A stretch of 64,000 bases of DNA from positions 1 through 64,000 of the forward strand of contig CAWBZI010000002.1 of assembly GCA_963793265.1 (NCBI GenBank), written 5' to 3'. This DNA comes from an uncultured cyanobacterium. Its GTDB lineage: Bacteria; Cyanobacteriota; Cyanobacteriia; Phormidesmidales; Phormidesmidaceae. Below, piece by piece: positions 9,678 through 19,374 of the stretch. The notes beneath the pieces are model-generated. The model worked only from the letters and a program-made list of their open reading frames with translations, made no database searches and was not told the DNA's origin. The position numbers were made by a program, and so were the translations under genes. Positions within the stretch are counted from its first letter, which is position 1. The number at the start of each line of letters is the position of its first letter.

Positions 9678-9826
9678 ACTAGGTGTTCGGCTAGTGCCTG
9701 GGCGGACTGGAAGGATTGCATCAATTTTTCCTACTAGCGGTAATCAAAGAAGGTCATTCCCTATCCGCTTACGCTTGACGACTAAGAGGCTTGAGTAGTC
9801 ACCATATACTGAAAAAGTTGTTTAAG

Positions 9827-10549
9827 CTATGCCGTTGCTGTCTGCTTACCGCAGTGCTGGTTTGCAGGAACGGCTTCCATCATTTTTTTAGGAGCAGGTA
9901 GATCTAGATTGTTCATAAGCTGAACAAAGTCCGCGCGCTCGCGGAGCTGTGGCGGTTCTGCCTTTAAGTCTATAAACCGAGGATTCCAACGCTTTTCTTC
10001 TCCAATGGTAGAGACTGTTTGACCGCGATAGTCATGAGCGGGGTAAACCTGCGTACTGTTAGCCAGCGCGAATAAGCGTTGCGTAACACAATCGTATAGC
10101 GCCTCAGCACTCCCCCCTTGGAAGTCTGTTCGACCGCAGCCACGGATCAGCAGGGCATCTCCAGTAAGAATGCGATCACCTCCGACAAGATAGGCCAAAT
10201 GGCCATCTGTATGACCGCGAGTTTCAATGGCCTTAATAGCTATGCTACCGACTTCTAAAACGTCTCCGTGCCCAATGAATCCGCTAGCACACTCTATATC
10301 TACGTTTTCAGGGACTAAGCCTTTGCAGCCTGTGCGTTCTCTAATTTCCCCTGTACCCGTGATGTGATCCGCATGAATGTGCGTCTCTAAGCAGAATACG
10401 AGCCTTAGACCTAGTTCTCTAATTAATTTGAGATCCCTATCTACCTGCTCAATGACGGGATCGACGAGGACGGCTTCGCAGGTTTGTATGTCGGCAATCA
10501 GATAGGTGTACGTGCTTGATTCTTTATCAAGCAACTGACGAAACAACAT
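9827..10549 (-). CDS. MBL-fold hydrolase, persulfide dioxygenase (ETHE1/Sdo)-like
   Basis: MLFRQLLD.ESSTYTY, THIHADH, GCGRTDFQ and PAHDY motifs. AAGGAG RBS before the ATG at 10549. Confidence 0.9.
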   Translation of the reverse strand: MLFRQLLDKESSTYTYLIADIQTCEAVLVDPVIEQVDRDLKLIRELGLRLVFCLETHIHADHITGTGEIRERTGCKGLVPENVDIECASGFIGHGDVLEVGSIAIKAIETRGHTDGHLAYLVGGDRILTGDALLIRGCGRTDFQGGSAEALYDCVTQRLFALANSTQVYPAHDYRGQTVSTIGEEKRWNPRFIDLKAEPPQLRERADFVQLMNNLDLPAPKKMMEAVPANQHCGKQTATA

Positions 10550-10654
10550 AGAAACTCTCCTTAGACTGTCATCTGTAAAGAACTTGGCAAAGGGTTTTGA
10601 TATGCACTCAGCCGCAGGTCGCAAAAATTATGCACAGCTTCAAGAAAAGTATAA

Positions 10655-10806
10655 ATATAACGACGGCTGTACAGGCCAACACACTTGAACTTGCTGGCGG
10701 CGGGCGGATTCTCACGGTAACAGGCGGAGCCGGACGCGCAGGCGATATTAGTCTTGATATTGCAGATCGAACAATTCTAACTGGGGAAAACACGTCCAAA
10801 TTTTGA
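10655..10806 (+). pseudogene. Fragment of a filamentous-haemagglutinin-like repeat protein
   Basis: NTLELAGGGRILTVTGGAGRAGDISLDIADRTILTG resembles cyanobacterial FHA/TPS repeats. No complete gene. Confidence 0.35.
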
Positions 10807-10847
10807 TGTTCAAACGACGGTCGCCTGCCGATGAGCTGAGTAGTCTG

Positions 10848-12200
10848 CTAAGAGTCCCAGATAGGCCCAAATGCAGGAATGCCTCGGCTTTCTAGCTCGT
10901 AGACTACGTGCCAAGTAGTCTTTTTGTTTGCAATACAAATAACGGCCTCTGCATCGAAGTCTTGCCATGCTTGGTACGCCAGCTTAGCTAAGTCTGGTTT
11001 ACCGTGCTTATCGGTATCCCAAATAAGGGCGTCGGGTTGCGCTTTGAGAATCTCATCTACTAAGGCATCGCCGTAAGTTTTGCGGGGGTTTCGCGTAGAC
11101 CACACGAGTGAAGATGGAACACTGTTGGCGAGCAAGTGAGGAAGGCAAGGCCCAATGCCGCTGCCAGTTGCCACCCAAACAACGCGTTTGAAGATAGTTT
11201 CTACATTAGCGACACCCGCTGTCGGAATGCCTTTCACCCAAATATGACTAGGCTTGTCCTTGATAAAGGCACCTGTCCAATCGCCAGCACGCGAGATGAC
11301 CAGGCGAAATCCTGATTTTTGTGGAGAGGGTAGATTTGCAAACGAATGCCATTCTAATAGTGGACGATGACTAATGTCTATTGAGGAACCTGCGAAAGGC
11401 GTCATACCGTAGTCAAACTGAGCTAGCGCTACGTGCGAAGAAGGGCTATCAACCTTAACCGGTACTTTCTTGAGCTTTAGCCAGGGTAAGGCGGTACTCA
11501 ACGTGATGAGTACGAGTACCCAGAATTGTGGCGTACTCAGAAGGGGTGCTTGCGCTAAAACAACAGTCTGCACCCAAAAAAGAATAAGAGATAACCACAG
11601 TCCAAATCGACCGACAATTTCAAAGAGGTTATGGTGCTTGGCACGAGTCTTTGGCAATGCTACAACTATCATGAGCGCAAGCAAAGATAAATGCGCACAA
11701 ACCAACGGCAGCAGTGGCGAGCCTTGTTCTGCAAACTCGCGGGCGAGTAGCGCTAGCCAAAGGGTGCCCGAGAGAAAGCTGCCTACGTGGACACCGCCGA
11801 AGTGGTACACCTTGGCCACGGCCCAGCGTAGGCGTAAAGGCAACCACTTAGGTACGCTTGTAGCTGCGGCGAACAGCCCATTAATGACGTACTGCTGGCG
11901 AATGAGAATAGCGATCGCAAAGTTAGCTAGCACAAGGTTGCTAAGCGCCTCTACACTCAGCGGCGCTGCGACTGCGTAGACTAAGACATTGATAGCAACC
12001 GTCAGAACAGCCAAGCGGTTGTACGGCATCAGCAACGGATGGCGAAGAACTGCGTGATAGCGGCTCTTAGCAGGCAATTCTACAGACTGTAACCGTGCGT
12101 GAGGGCGCTCTGTTATTAGACGTTTTCTATGTCGTGAAAGCGTTTTTCGGTCAAATCTAGACTGTCTTGTTTCGTTTTTCCAGGGGTGTGACCTTAGCAT
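10848..12200 (-). CDS. Membrane oxidoreductase with FNR-like C-terminal domain (TmpA-like)
   Basis: About 6 TM helices with KVYHFGGVH, then EWHSFA (FAD), SRAGDWT, VATGSGIGP (NAD(P)) and a GPIWDS end. Confidence 0.7.
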   Translation of the reverse strand: MLRSHPWKNETRQSRFDRKTLSRHRKRLITERPHARLQSVELPAKSRYHAVLRHPLLMPYNRLAVLTVAINVLVYAVAAPLSVEALSNLVLANFAIAILIRQQYVINGLFAAATSVPKWLPLRLRWAVAKVYHFGGVHVGSFLSGTLWLALLAREFAEQGSPLLPLVCAHLSLLALMIVVALPKTRAKHHNLFEIVGRFGLWLSLILFWVQTVVLAQAPLLSTPQFWVLVLITLSTALPWLKLKKVPVKVDSPSSHVALAQFDYGMTPFAGSSIDISHRPLLEWHSFANLPSPQKSGFRLVISRAGDWTGAFIKDKPSHIWVKGIPTAGVANVETIFKRVVWVATGSGIGPCLPHLLANSVPSSLVWSTRNPRKTYGDALVDEILKAQPDALIWDTDKHGKPDLAKLAYQAWQDFDAEAVICIANKKTTWHVVYELESRGIPAFGPIWDS

Positions 12201-12361
12201 AGATATTCTTGCGTACGAGATCCTTTACGACCCTCTCTGTACTGGGCAAGTGATTTTATGCATAAAAAGCTCAAACATACGGACAGGCTAGTCAGCATAA
12301 GTACGCGCAAAAATTATGCAATCTTTACAGCGATAGCTAGGCACCTGAGAATTAGCCAAAA

Positions 12362-13369
12362 TTAGACTTTAGCGAGTAAAAACTGACCGTTGCCGTTGTA
12401 CTCGCCATTGCAGGTTGCAAAGATTGTTCCTAGCATCAGCAAGTAGAGCCGCCACATGCGGCGAAACTTGGAATATTCCATACCGTAGTCTAAGTTTTTA
12501 ATAACGTCTTGGCTATTATCGAAACGATTCAACCAGCCGCTTAGAGTTCTGTGATAGTTGTTACCGTTAATATACCACCTCTTGATAGTCTTAAGGTCGC
12601 TATTGCAACTAGGTATCGCATCGAAGTTCCAGTATCTACCCGCTGGAAAAATGTACTTGTGCGTAAACCCGGACGACATGTTGTTAGGGATACGCACGGT
12701 AATGATGTGAATGAACAGCTTGCCATCATCTACCAACATAGAAGACAGCTTTTGAAGGGCTTGAGTCAAATCACCTACATGCTCAAACACCCCAACGCTG
12801 AGGATTTTGTCAAACTTCTCTGAAAACTCAGCTTCATTAAGATCTCCTTCGTAGAGGGTAAATCGCTCGGAACTCAGGTAGCTTGTTGACTCTTTCATCT
12901 TGCTACGCATAAACTCGCACTGCTCGCGGCTTAAGTTTAAACCAGTAAACCGGACGTTCGGAAACTTAGACATGACATAGTTAGCGATACAGCCCCAACC
13001 ACAGCCAACATCGAGAATGTTATCTCCATCTTGGATGTCGAGCCGTTCTATAAGCTGATCGATCATGTGCTTTTGGCTCTCTTCTAAGTCAACCGCGCCA
13101 CGTTCCCACAAACCCATGCTGTACTTAGGGTAAATAACATCCCAGTTGCCCAACATTTGATTAAACATAGCCTGCGGTAGGTCGTACTGTAGCTTCATTA
13201 GTTCTGTAGAGCTTTCAGCGACCCGATCAGATTCGGTCAAGACCCATTCGTAGGGCGCTAGCAAACCTGGAAAATATTTGAAGAATATCGGCATAGAGGC
13301 ATACATAGCAGTACACATGATGCTATCTGGAACTTCCAGTCCGTTGATATAAGCTTCTGCAAACGTCAT
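12362..13369 (-). CDS. SAM-dependent methyltransferase, CFA-synthase/coclaurine N-methyltransferase-like
   Basis: ILDVGCGWG, SVGVFEHV and KYIFPAG motifs. The upstream frame extends to an ATG at 13492 but is broken by TGA at 13400-13402. Confidence 0.85.
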   Translation of the reverse strand: MTFAEAYINGLEVPDSIMCTAMYASMPIFFKYFPGLLAPYEWVLTESDRVAESSTELMKLQYDLPQAMFNQMLGNWDVIYPKYSMGLWERGAVDLEESQKHMIDQLIERLDIQDGDNILDVGCGWGCIANYVMSKFPNVRFTGLNLSREQCEFMRSKMKESTSYLSSERFTLYEGDLNEAEFSEKFDKILSVGVFEHVGDLTQALQKLSSMLVDDGKLFIHIITVRIPNNMSSGFTHKYIFPAGRYWNFDAIPSCNSDLKTIKRWYINGNNYHRTLSGWLNRFDNSQDVIKNLDYGMEYSKFRRMWRLYLLMLGTIFATCNGEYNGNGQFLLAKV

Positions 13370-13733
13370 TTGCGCAGCATTGCAAAAGCTGCTGAGCGAT
13401 CACGTTATCTTGTAGGACAGGGAGCCCTTTTGAAGGTTTTTATTTTGCAAGGATAGTGCATCGAGAGTTGCAAAACTATCTGTAGAAGTCATAACTTACA
13501 CCACATACAAACTGAACGTAAGAGTAGACACCTAATGCTGCTCTCAATTTGAGCAGACTGCGAAGAAGGTTTAGAAGATGGTATCGAACCATGCTCTAAA
13601 TGCTACAACGTCAGGCTCTACAAAGCTTTCTCAAGCTGGAGGATATAGAATTATGCATCCATATTATATAGATAACTCATCATGCATCGCCGTATCTCTC
13701 GTCTTCTCCAGCAATCTCAAATTACCTGCGGAT

Positions 13734-14087
13734 TTAAGCTATGTTTTTGATACGGAACGTGGCCAGCAGGCCCACCGCAGCTAGCATTCCTACTATATGA
13801 GAAGGTTCGGGAACCTTCTTCGTATTAGACGCAGAGAAAGTTGGAGCAAACTGCGTCTCGCCTGAATTATCACCTGCTAGCGAAGCTACCTGCAAGCACA
13901 TCTCAGGACATACCCCATCCCCTCCAAATTCAACTGGTAAAGCGTTGCCTGCTGTTGTCAAAAGACCGTTATTCTGACTATCTGTATCTCCAAAGATGTC
14001 CGCATTGAACTCTAGGCTGAGGTTACTGCTGTTTGAACGGAAGTCAGTAGCGAAAAAAGAGGCCGTAATCTTAAAAATCATATTCAT
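13734..14087 (-). CDS. Small PEP-CTERM sorting-domain protein
   Basis: C-terminal VPEPSHIVGMLAAVGLLATFRIK (PEP, TM helix, basic tail). Confidence 0.6.
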   Translation of the reverse strand: MNMIFKITASFFATDFRSNSSNLSLEFNADIFGDTDSQNNGLLTTAGNALPVEFGGDGVCPEMCLQVASLAGDNSGETQFAPTFSASNTKKVPEPSHIVGMLAAVGLLATFRIKNIA

Positions 14088-14458
14088 AGTTGTTGTATAG
14101 CTTTAATGAATGATCTAGCAACTCAAATGCGGTTGGTTTAGTTTTCTAAAAGTGAGCGTTGTATCGAATTAATCTCGTATAGTCAAGCCCCTTGATAAAG
14201 GGAGAATATAACTATGAGGAATAAAGATCAAGTTATTATGGACGTGTTCTATTAACTGAACAATCTGATTTTTTCCGCAGAGAAACGACGGGACTTAACG
14301 TGATATGCCGCTGCGTTATCTTCGGCTTGAATTGAGACATAACGATTTAAAGAGTACCGCATAATTTTTGTACTCCAGTGGTGAGATGCTATTGTGAATG
14401 TCTCTTCTTGATACACAAGTACTTCTCTATTATTTCTTTGTAAACACCTAACGCGAAC

Positions 14459-14683
14459 ATGAATATAGCTATTATTGGTACTGGTTTTGCAGAACTTAGT
14501 ACCGCAAAAATCTTGAAGGCTTTCGACCATACTGTCACTCTTTTTGAGAAGGAGTCTGATATAGGTGGGGTCTGGAGTGCCTCTCGTCGCTATCCTAGAC
14601 TGACCACCCAGAATGTACGCTCAACCTATGCGCTATCTGACTTTCCATATCTAAAGGACTATCCAAACATTATTAGCGCATAG
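14459..14683 (+). pseudogene. N-terminal fragment of a flavin-containing monooxygenase
   Basis: IAIIGTG..., LFEKESDIGGVW...YP.LTTQN...Y.LSDFP, then stops after 74 aa. Confidence 0.7.
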
Positions 14684-14826
14684 ATCGCTGCTGGAATTGC
14701 CATCGTAGGATTATTGAGCAGTGTGGGCGCGCTTGCTATGGCGATCGCTAGGGTTCCATTTTGGGTAGTCCTAAACGAGTTGTCATGTAAACTCTAGCCA
14801 CGTAGAGCAAACGATAGGGTATCAAG

Positions 14827-15588
14827 CTACTTGTACGCACTCTTCCGAGACTCTTGTGCTCGCATTTGATTTGTTTGAATCTCGCGTAGCTGTAGTAGCT
14901 CCCAAAAATCGGTTTCATCTTCTTCTGAGTCATCCTCCTGTGGCAGATAGTAATACATTGCTCGACGGATGAGTATCACGATAAGCCCAATTCCAAGATA
15001 CTCAGGAATCGCAAGCGCAATTCGCGTAATTGCATTAACCTGTGCAACTTGTTGATTAAATGCAGCTGTACCAAAATCAGCGACTACCATCCGAAAGTTG
15101 AGGATAAAGTTGGCAGTCCCTGTTGCTAAATTAACTAACAGCACAATTTTTGTTCCATTGACCAGGGATCGGTGAACTCTTGGCTCTGCTAGCAGCGATT
15201 TTAGTGATTTTTCCTGCTGCGGTGACTCTGGGCCCATCCCCTGTATTAGAAAATATTTCACAATTGGCTTTCCAATAACAATCGATACCCAAAACACGCC
15301 GACCGTAAAGATAGCTCCCAACGTATCTTTTAGGGCAAACTGAATACCATCGACGAACCAAAATGCTAATACACCTCTCACAACCGCAAACGCTCCGACA
15401 TAGCTGGTAATGAAATTAAAGCGTTTGGTGATGAGAAATAAATCAATAAAAACCCAGGCCACGGGGACTAATGCCGCAACGATATAAGTCGTGACTGTGC
15501 CAAGCGGCTCATTCAGCGTGTTTAAAATGACGATAGGAATGACGGCTCCTATTAATATATCGAGAACCAATTTGACCGTAGAATTCAT
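14827..15588 (-). CDS. VC0807-family/IspA-like membrane protein
   Basis: LDILIGAVIPIVIL start, FALKD motif, several TM helices. Confidence 0.6.
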   Translation of the reverse strand: MNSTVKLVLDILIGAVIPIVILNTLNEPLGTVTTYIVAALVPVAWVFIDLFLITKRFNFITSYVGAFAVVRGVLAFWFVDGIQFALKDTLGAIFTVGVFWVSIVIGKPIVKYFLIQGMGPESPQQEKSLKSLLAEPRVHRSLVNGTKIVLLVNLATGTANFILNFRMVVADFGTAAFNQQVAQVNAITRIALAIPEYLGIGLIVILIRRAMYYYLPQEDDSEEDETDFWELLQLREIQTNQMRAQESRKSAYK

Positions 15589-15796
15589 GATTTAGAGCTT
15601 GATGAAATTGAAATAAACCGCAGTCTTGCTCCTATTTCAAACGATTATCACAGTTATCTCAATGACTTTTGTCATCTTTTGTTGGAGCATGAGTGTATTT
15701 TCCATAGGTCTTTCCGCAACTATCCCCATAACTGCCCTTGGACATTAGACGAGAATCTGCGGGGGCGCTGCGGGGCTGCAAGATCTATTTCGGCGG

Positions 15797-16171
15797 ATGT
15801 TTAAGTGGCGTGTTTCGATAGTTTGGCAGGTGATCGCCTGGCTAAGTCCCCTGCTATTATTTCTCGCAGCCGTTTTAGTGACAGGATGGAATCATTGGGA
15901 TCTGCAGAGTTTTGGCCAGAGTGACGAGTACCCTGAACTGCCAGCCTTAGTCTACTGGCTCGCTAGCATTCTATTTTACGGGTGGGGTGAGGAAACAGGC
16001 TGGCGTGGCTTCGCACTGCCCTATCTTCAAACCCGTCAGAGTGCGCTGCAAGCGACATACGATTTGGGAGTTGCGATACTGCTGATTGCCAAACCCAAAT
16101 ACCTATCCGCTGTAGGAAAATTAGTGGTGAATCAGACAGAGAATTCTTACTGTGTCTTTGTGAAAGCGTAA
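15797..16171 (+). pseudogene. CPBP (CAAX/Abi) intramembrane protease fragment
   Basis: GWGEETGWRGFALPYLQ motif is present, but the downstream His motifs are missing. Confidence 0.65.
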
Positions 16172-16259
16172 TGACCGATTGGACGATGGTATCCGCCTTT
16201 TTGCTGACGCAAGATAAAGGTGCCTATCTCTAGGCTAGTCGAAATCTAGCGCTTCTATA

Positions 16260-17375
16260 ATGCAACGATGCTCTCGAAGATTTGTTAGAACCCTTGCCTG
16301 TTTAGGCGGTGGCCTACTGTGGGCTTGCACCAACCTTGAGTTGCCTCCGTCGGCTCCGATAGAAAGTGCTGAAGCGCCCGAAGCCTCGGCAGAAAGCGGC
16401 CCAGCCCCTACTCCTGCCTTGCCTGAAGAAACCACGCAAACAGAAATCGTCGGGAGAACCTATGTTTTTAGTCGATTTGACTATGCGCCTCAAGAGATCG
16501 TCCTAGACAACAATACGGTGCGTTTTTTGGCCCGAGAGTATGATTTTGTATACTGCCGGGCAGAGAATAGCTGGACGGTGCAGCCCGGTACGTTGGGTGA
16601 CGAATGGATAGTGGAACAATCGGCCCGCTTTACTGACAGACCTGACTTTTCTACGCTCGACGTGGAGGGTGAACCCTATCAATACCGAGTGGTTCGAGAT
16701 CCGCAGCCAGCGCTAAATGCACAGTACGAATCGGTTGTATTAGAACTGCTGCTTCCAGACCAAGGGACCCCGCAGCGGCATACGCTCTATACCTTAGCTG
16801 ATCTTCAACAAGCAAGCGGCAGCCCGGAAGTTGGGCCGATGGCGCGTTTGGGTATTCCATACGTCACCGTGGCCAAGCACTATGGCGAACGGCTTTGGTG
16901 GACGGTTGCCTTTGAGCAGGGAGAAGGCAATAACGTCAGCCTATGTCAAACGACTTGAGCATGGGCACTGTGAGAGCTTACACGTCCTACAACAGTCCTT
17001 TGGTCGGCGGGATTCCAACTCAGCTTTCTGTAGAGAATGACCGGCTCTGGGTGGGTACTCGCAATCGGGTGTGTCAGGTAGATTGGCAGGCACTGGAAGT
17101 CCCAGAAAGCTGGAACTGTTGGCAGTTTGCAGCTAAGGTGATCGCATCCCCCCAATGCCGAATCTATACCCGTTTATCCTTCTCTGTTGGGTCAAACACC
17201 AGTCACCACTTTGCCAACAGATTCCTCAGATGAGGTTGCAGACGTGCTCTGGTGGATGTTGGATAATACTGAAACTCAGCAGGGCCGCTATGAAGTGAGA
17301 CTCGAAGAAGGGTTAGAAGCAACAGTCGCTCAGGGGGCATCACCCATTTTAGAGCGTGCTGGCAGCCAGAAATGA
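16260..17375 (+). pseudogene. Fragmented putative lipoprotein (three consecutive frames)
   Basis: Lipobox-like LLWAC at the N-terminus. ORFs 16260-16958, 16943-17233 and 17187-17375 overlap end to end. Confidence 0.5.
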
Positions 17376-17417
17376 CCGATTGGTCGAAGTCAGCAGACTT
17401 AGCTCGAACCTAGAACA

Positions 17418-17783
17418 ATGCCTGATCTCGCACACTACTCATCCGATACTTTACCGCCATTTCTCAAATATCAGCTACTGGCCGCTGTGCGGATTGAATG
17501 GTTTCAAGCATTTACTGAACCGGGGCGTCGCTGGGACTATATTTCCAAATCAACACAGCCCGAATACTTTACCCTCTTTGAGCAAGACATCCTGATTAGC
17601 TTTGCCGAAGTAAATCAGCGCTTACTGCATCATGCTAATGATACTTACAAGCTCTATGGAGATCCTGACGAGCCGAGGGTAAATGAGGATGCGGTGATGG
17701 TTCAGTTCGTATCCAGTAAGGGCCGACAGCATCAGAGCACCTTTATGCGCCAGCCTGTATATGTAGGTCAGTATCGGTGGTAG
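17418..17783 (+). pseudogene. Hypothetical, possibly a GNAT-like protein with an internal deletion
   Basis: The N-terminus resembles Eis/GNAT leaders (L.H...TYKLYG), but the acetyl-CoA motif is absent. Confidence 0.35.
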
Positions 17784-18048
17784 CAGATAACTGTCGCGGT
17801 AAGCGTCGAAGATAGACGAACTGGCATAGCAATTTATGCATCCCAAACGGCCTCCACAGCAGCGCGTTCGGTAGCACGTTTGCCCTGCTTGCCATCAGTA
17901 CAAATTTTATGCCTGGTGGCAAGCAAGCATTTTTTAAAGGAAATCGCAGCCATGCGAAGCCCCTATCAGCAAGAGCAGCAGCAGAGAAAACAACAATTCC
18001 TAAAGGCAAAATAGTCGCCAGTATTCGCGACTAACAGTAACAACCGCC

Positions 18049-18945
18049 TTAATTCGATGTCGACAGGCTGGCGTTTTCATCAAGACGAACATCGCTACCG
18101 TCTTCATTTGTTCTATAGGTGTAGCGATCGCCCGTAGCTGAATCCATCATCTCTACTTGCCAGCCTTCTGTCAAAGCGGCCAAACAAGAGTCTGCTGGCC
18201 CCCCTAAACCAAGGCAGCCATCAGACCAAGTTTGTGGGCTATAGCTATCAACTGTTGTTTCCATATCACCAATCTCTGTCGCTAGCGCTGCCTTCACGGC
18301 TGCTTCTACTTCGTCTGGCAAGCTGGCGTCAGGCTCAGTGGGTTCCGGTGTTTCAGCATCAGGTTCAGTAGGGTCTGGCGTGGTAGGTTCTGGTGTTTCA
18401 ACGCCAGGCTCAGCGGGTTCTGGTGTTTCAGCGTCAGGCGTCGTTGGGTCAGGTGTGGTTGGGTCAGGTGTGGTTGGGTCAGGTGTGGTTGGGTCAGGTG
18501 TGGTGGTGGGTGCCCCTCTTTCTAAAATGCTGCCTGTTTCAGCGAGCTGGGCATCAATCTGAATCGTGCAATCGTCGGTCGTTGCATTTGCATTAACCGT
18601 TGCAATTCTCTCCCCTTGCAAATTACGATACTCAGTCCCCTCAGCCAGTGACTGCATCTCAGCTGGCGTGTCTGTCATCCACAGATCATTTTGGGTGCGA
18701 CTGTAAGCTCGCATTACCAATTCTCCTGCTTTTTCATACACCCGCACAGCCGTGCTGTCAGTTTCACACATCATGACCGTGAACTCATCCTCGGTCGCTT
18801 GGGCGATCGCTGATTTGTGGCTAAAGGGTGCAACGCTAAAGGTAACAGCGAGTAGCGTACTGGCTACAGGAAAGAGTGTGGATCGCTTTACCTGAAATGC
18901 AGAATTAGCCAATAACGGGAATCTAATGCCTTTAAGGTTCGTCAT
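18049..18945 (-). CDS. Secreted protein with Pro/Thr/acidic repeat linker
   Basis: Signal peptide (AIAQA), (PTTPD)n linker and C-terminal TWSDGCLGLGGP...C..ALTEGW.V....YTYRT domain. Confidence 0.8.
   Translation of the reverse strand: MTNLKGIRFPLLANSAFQVKRSTLFPVASTLLAVTFSVAPFSHKSAIAQATEDEFTVMMCETDSTAVRVYEKAGELVMRAYSRTQNDLWMTDTPAEMQSLAEGTEYRNLQGERIATVNANATTDDCTIQIDAQLAETGSILERGAPTTTPDPTTPDPTTPDPTTPDPTTPDAETPEPAEPGVETPEPTTPDPTEPDAETPEPTEPDASLPDEVEAAVKAALATEIGDMETTVDSYSPQTWSDGCLGLGGPADSCLAALTEGWQVEMMDSATGDRYTYRTNEDGSDVRLDENASLSTSN
18345..18505. repeat. 15-bp coding tandem repeat (GGTGTGGTTGGGTCA and variants)
   Basis: Three near-exact units plus degenerate units encoding TTPDP/ETPEP. Confidence 0.9.
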
Positions 18946-19374
18946 ATTTCTGTCTTATCAATACTCTCAATACCCATCTTGTATTGTGTAAGTCAAATTC
19001 AATTAGAGGGTAATGTGCCACTTTGTTGGCATGCAATTCGCATAGTTACCTGCCTGGTTCATCACTCCACTGCTCAATCGCGAACCCGACAGCTGTCACA
19101 CGGTTTAGCCATTCACTGAGGGGGTGATGAAAATAATCTCAGAGAGCCATTCAGAAAAGCAGGCGTGTTTACAAAGTCTCGGTAAACGTCATAACCCTGC
19201 CTAGAGAGCGTTGTCCATGCTTCAGCATTGCTGTCCCAAAATTGACCTACCTCAAGATGATCCATGAAAACATCTCTCCTACCGTCCCAAGGCCCACGCT
19301 AAAGCACTGACCCAACTATGACATCAGCCGCCTGGTCATATTTCTCATAGATTTATCTGCGCTGGCAGCCAGAA

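Noticed and set aside
4014..13402. Three in-frame TGA codons (4014, 5271, 13400) suggesting recoding or selenocysteine
   Set aside because: They fall at non-Cys positions (Leu/Trp/Arg-like), two of them in genes with other lesions, and TGA ends many intact genes here. Ordinary nonsense mutations explain them.
19080..19131. c-di-AMP (ydaO) riboswitch
   Set aside because: Only GAACCCGACAGCT matches. The 5' GCTGAATCC/GGAACGGGG elements are absent and GGGGTGA lies on the wrong side. Kept only as an unassigned structured-RNA candidate.
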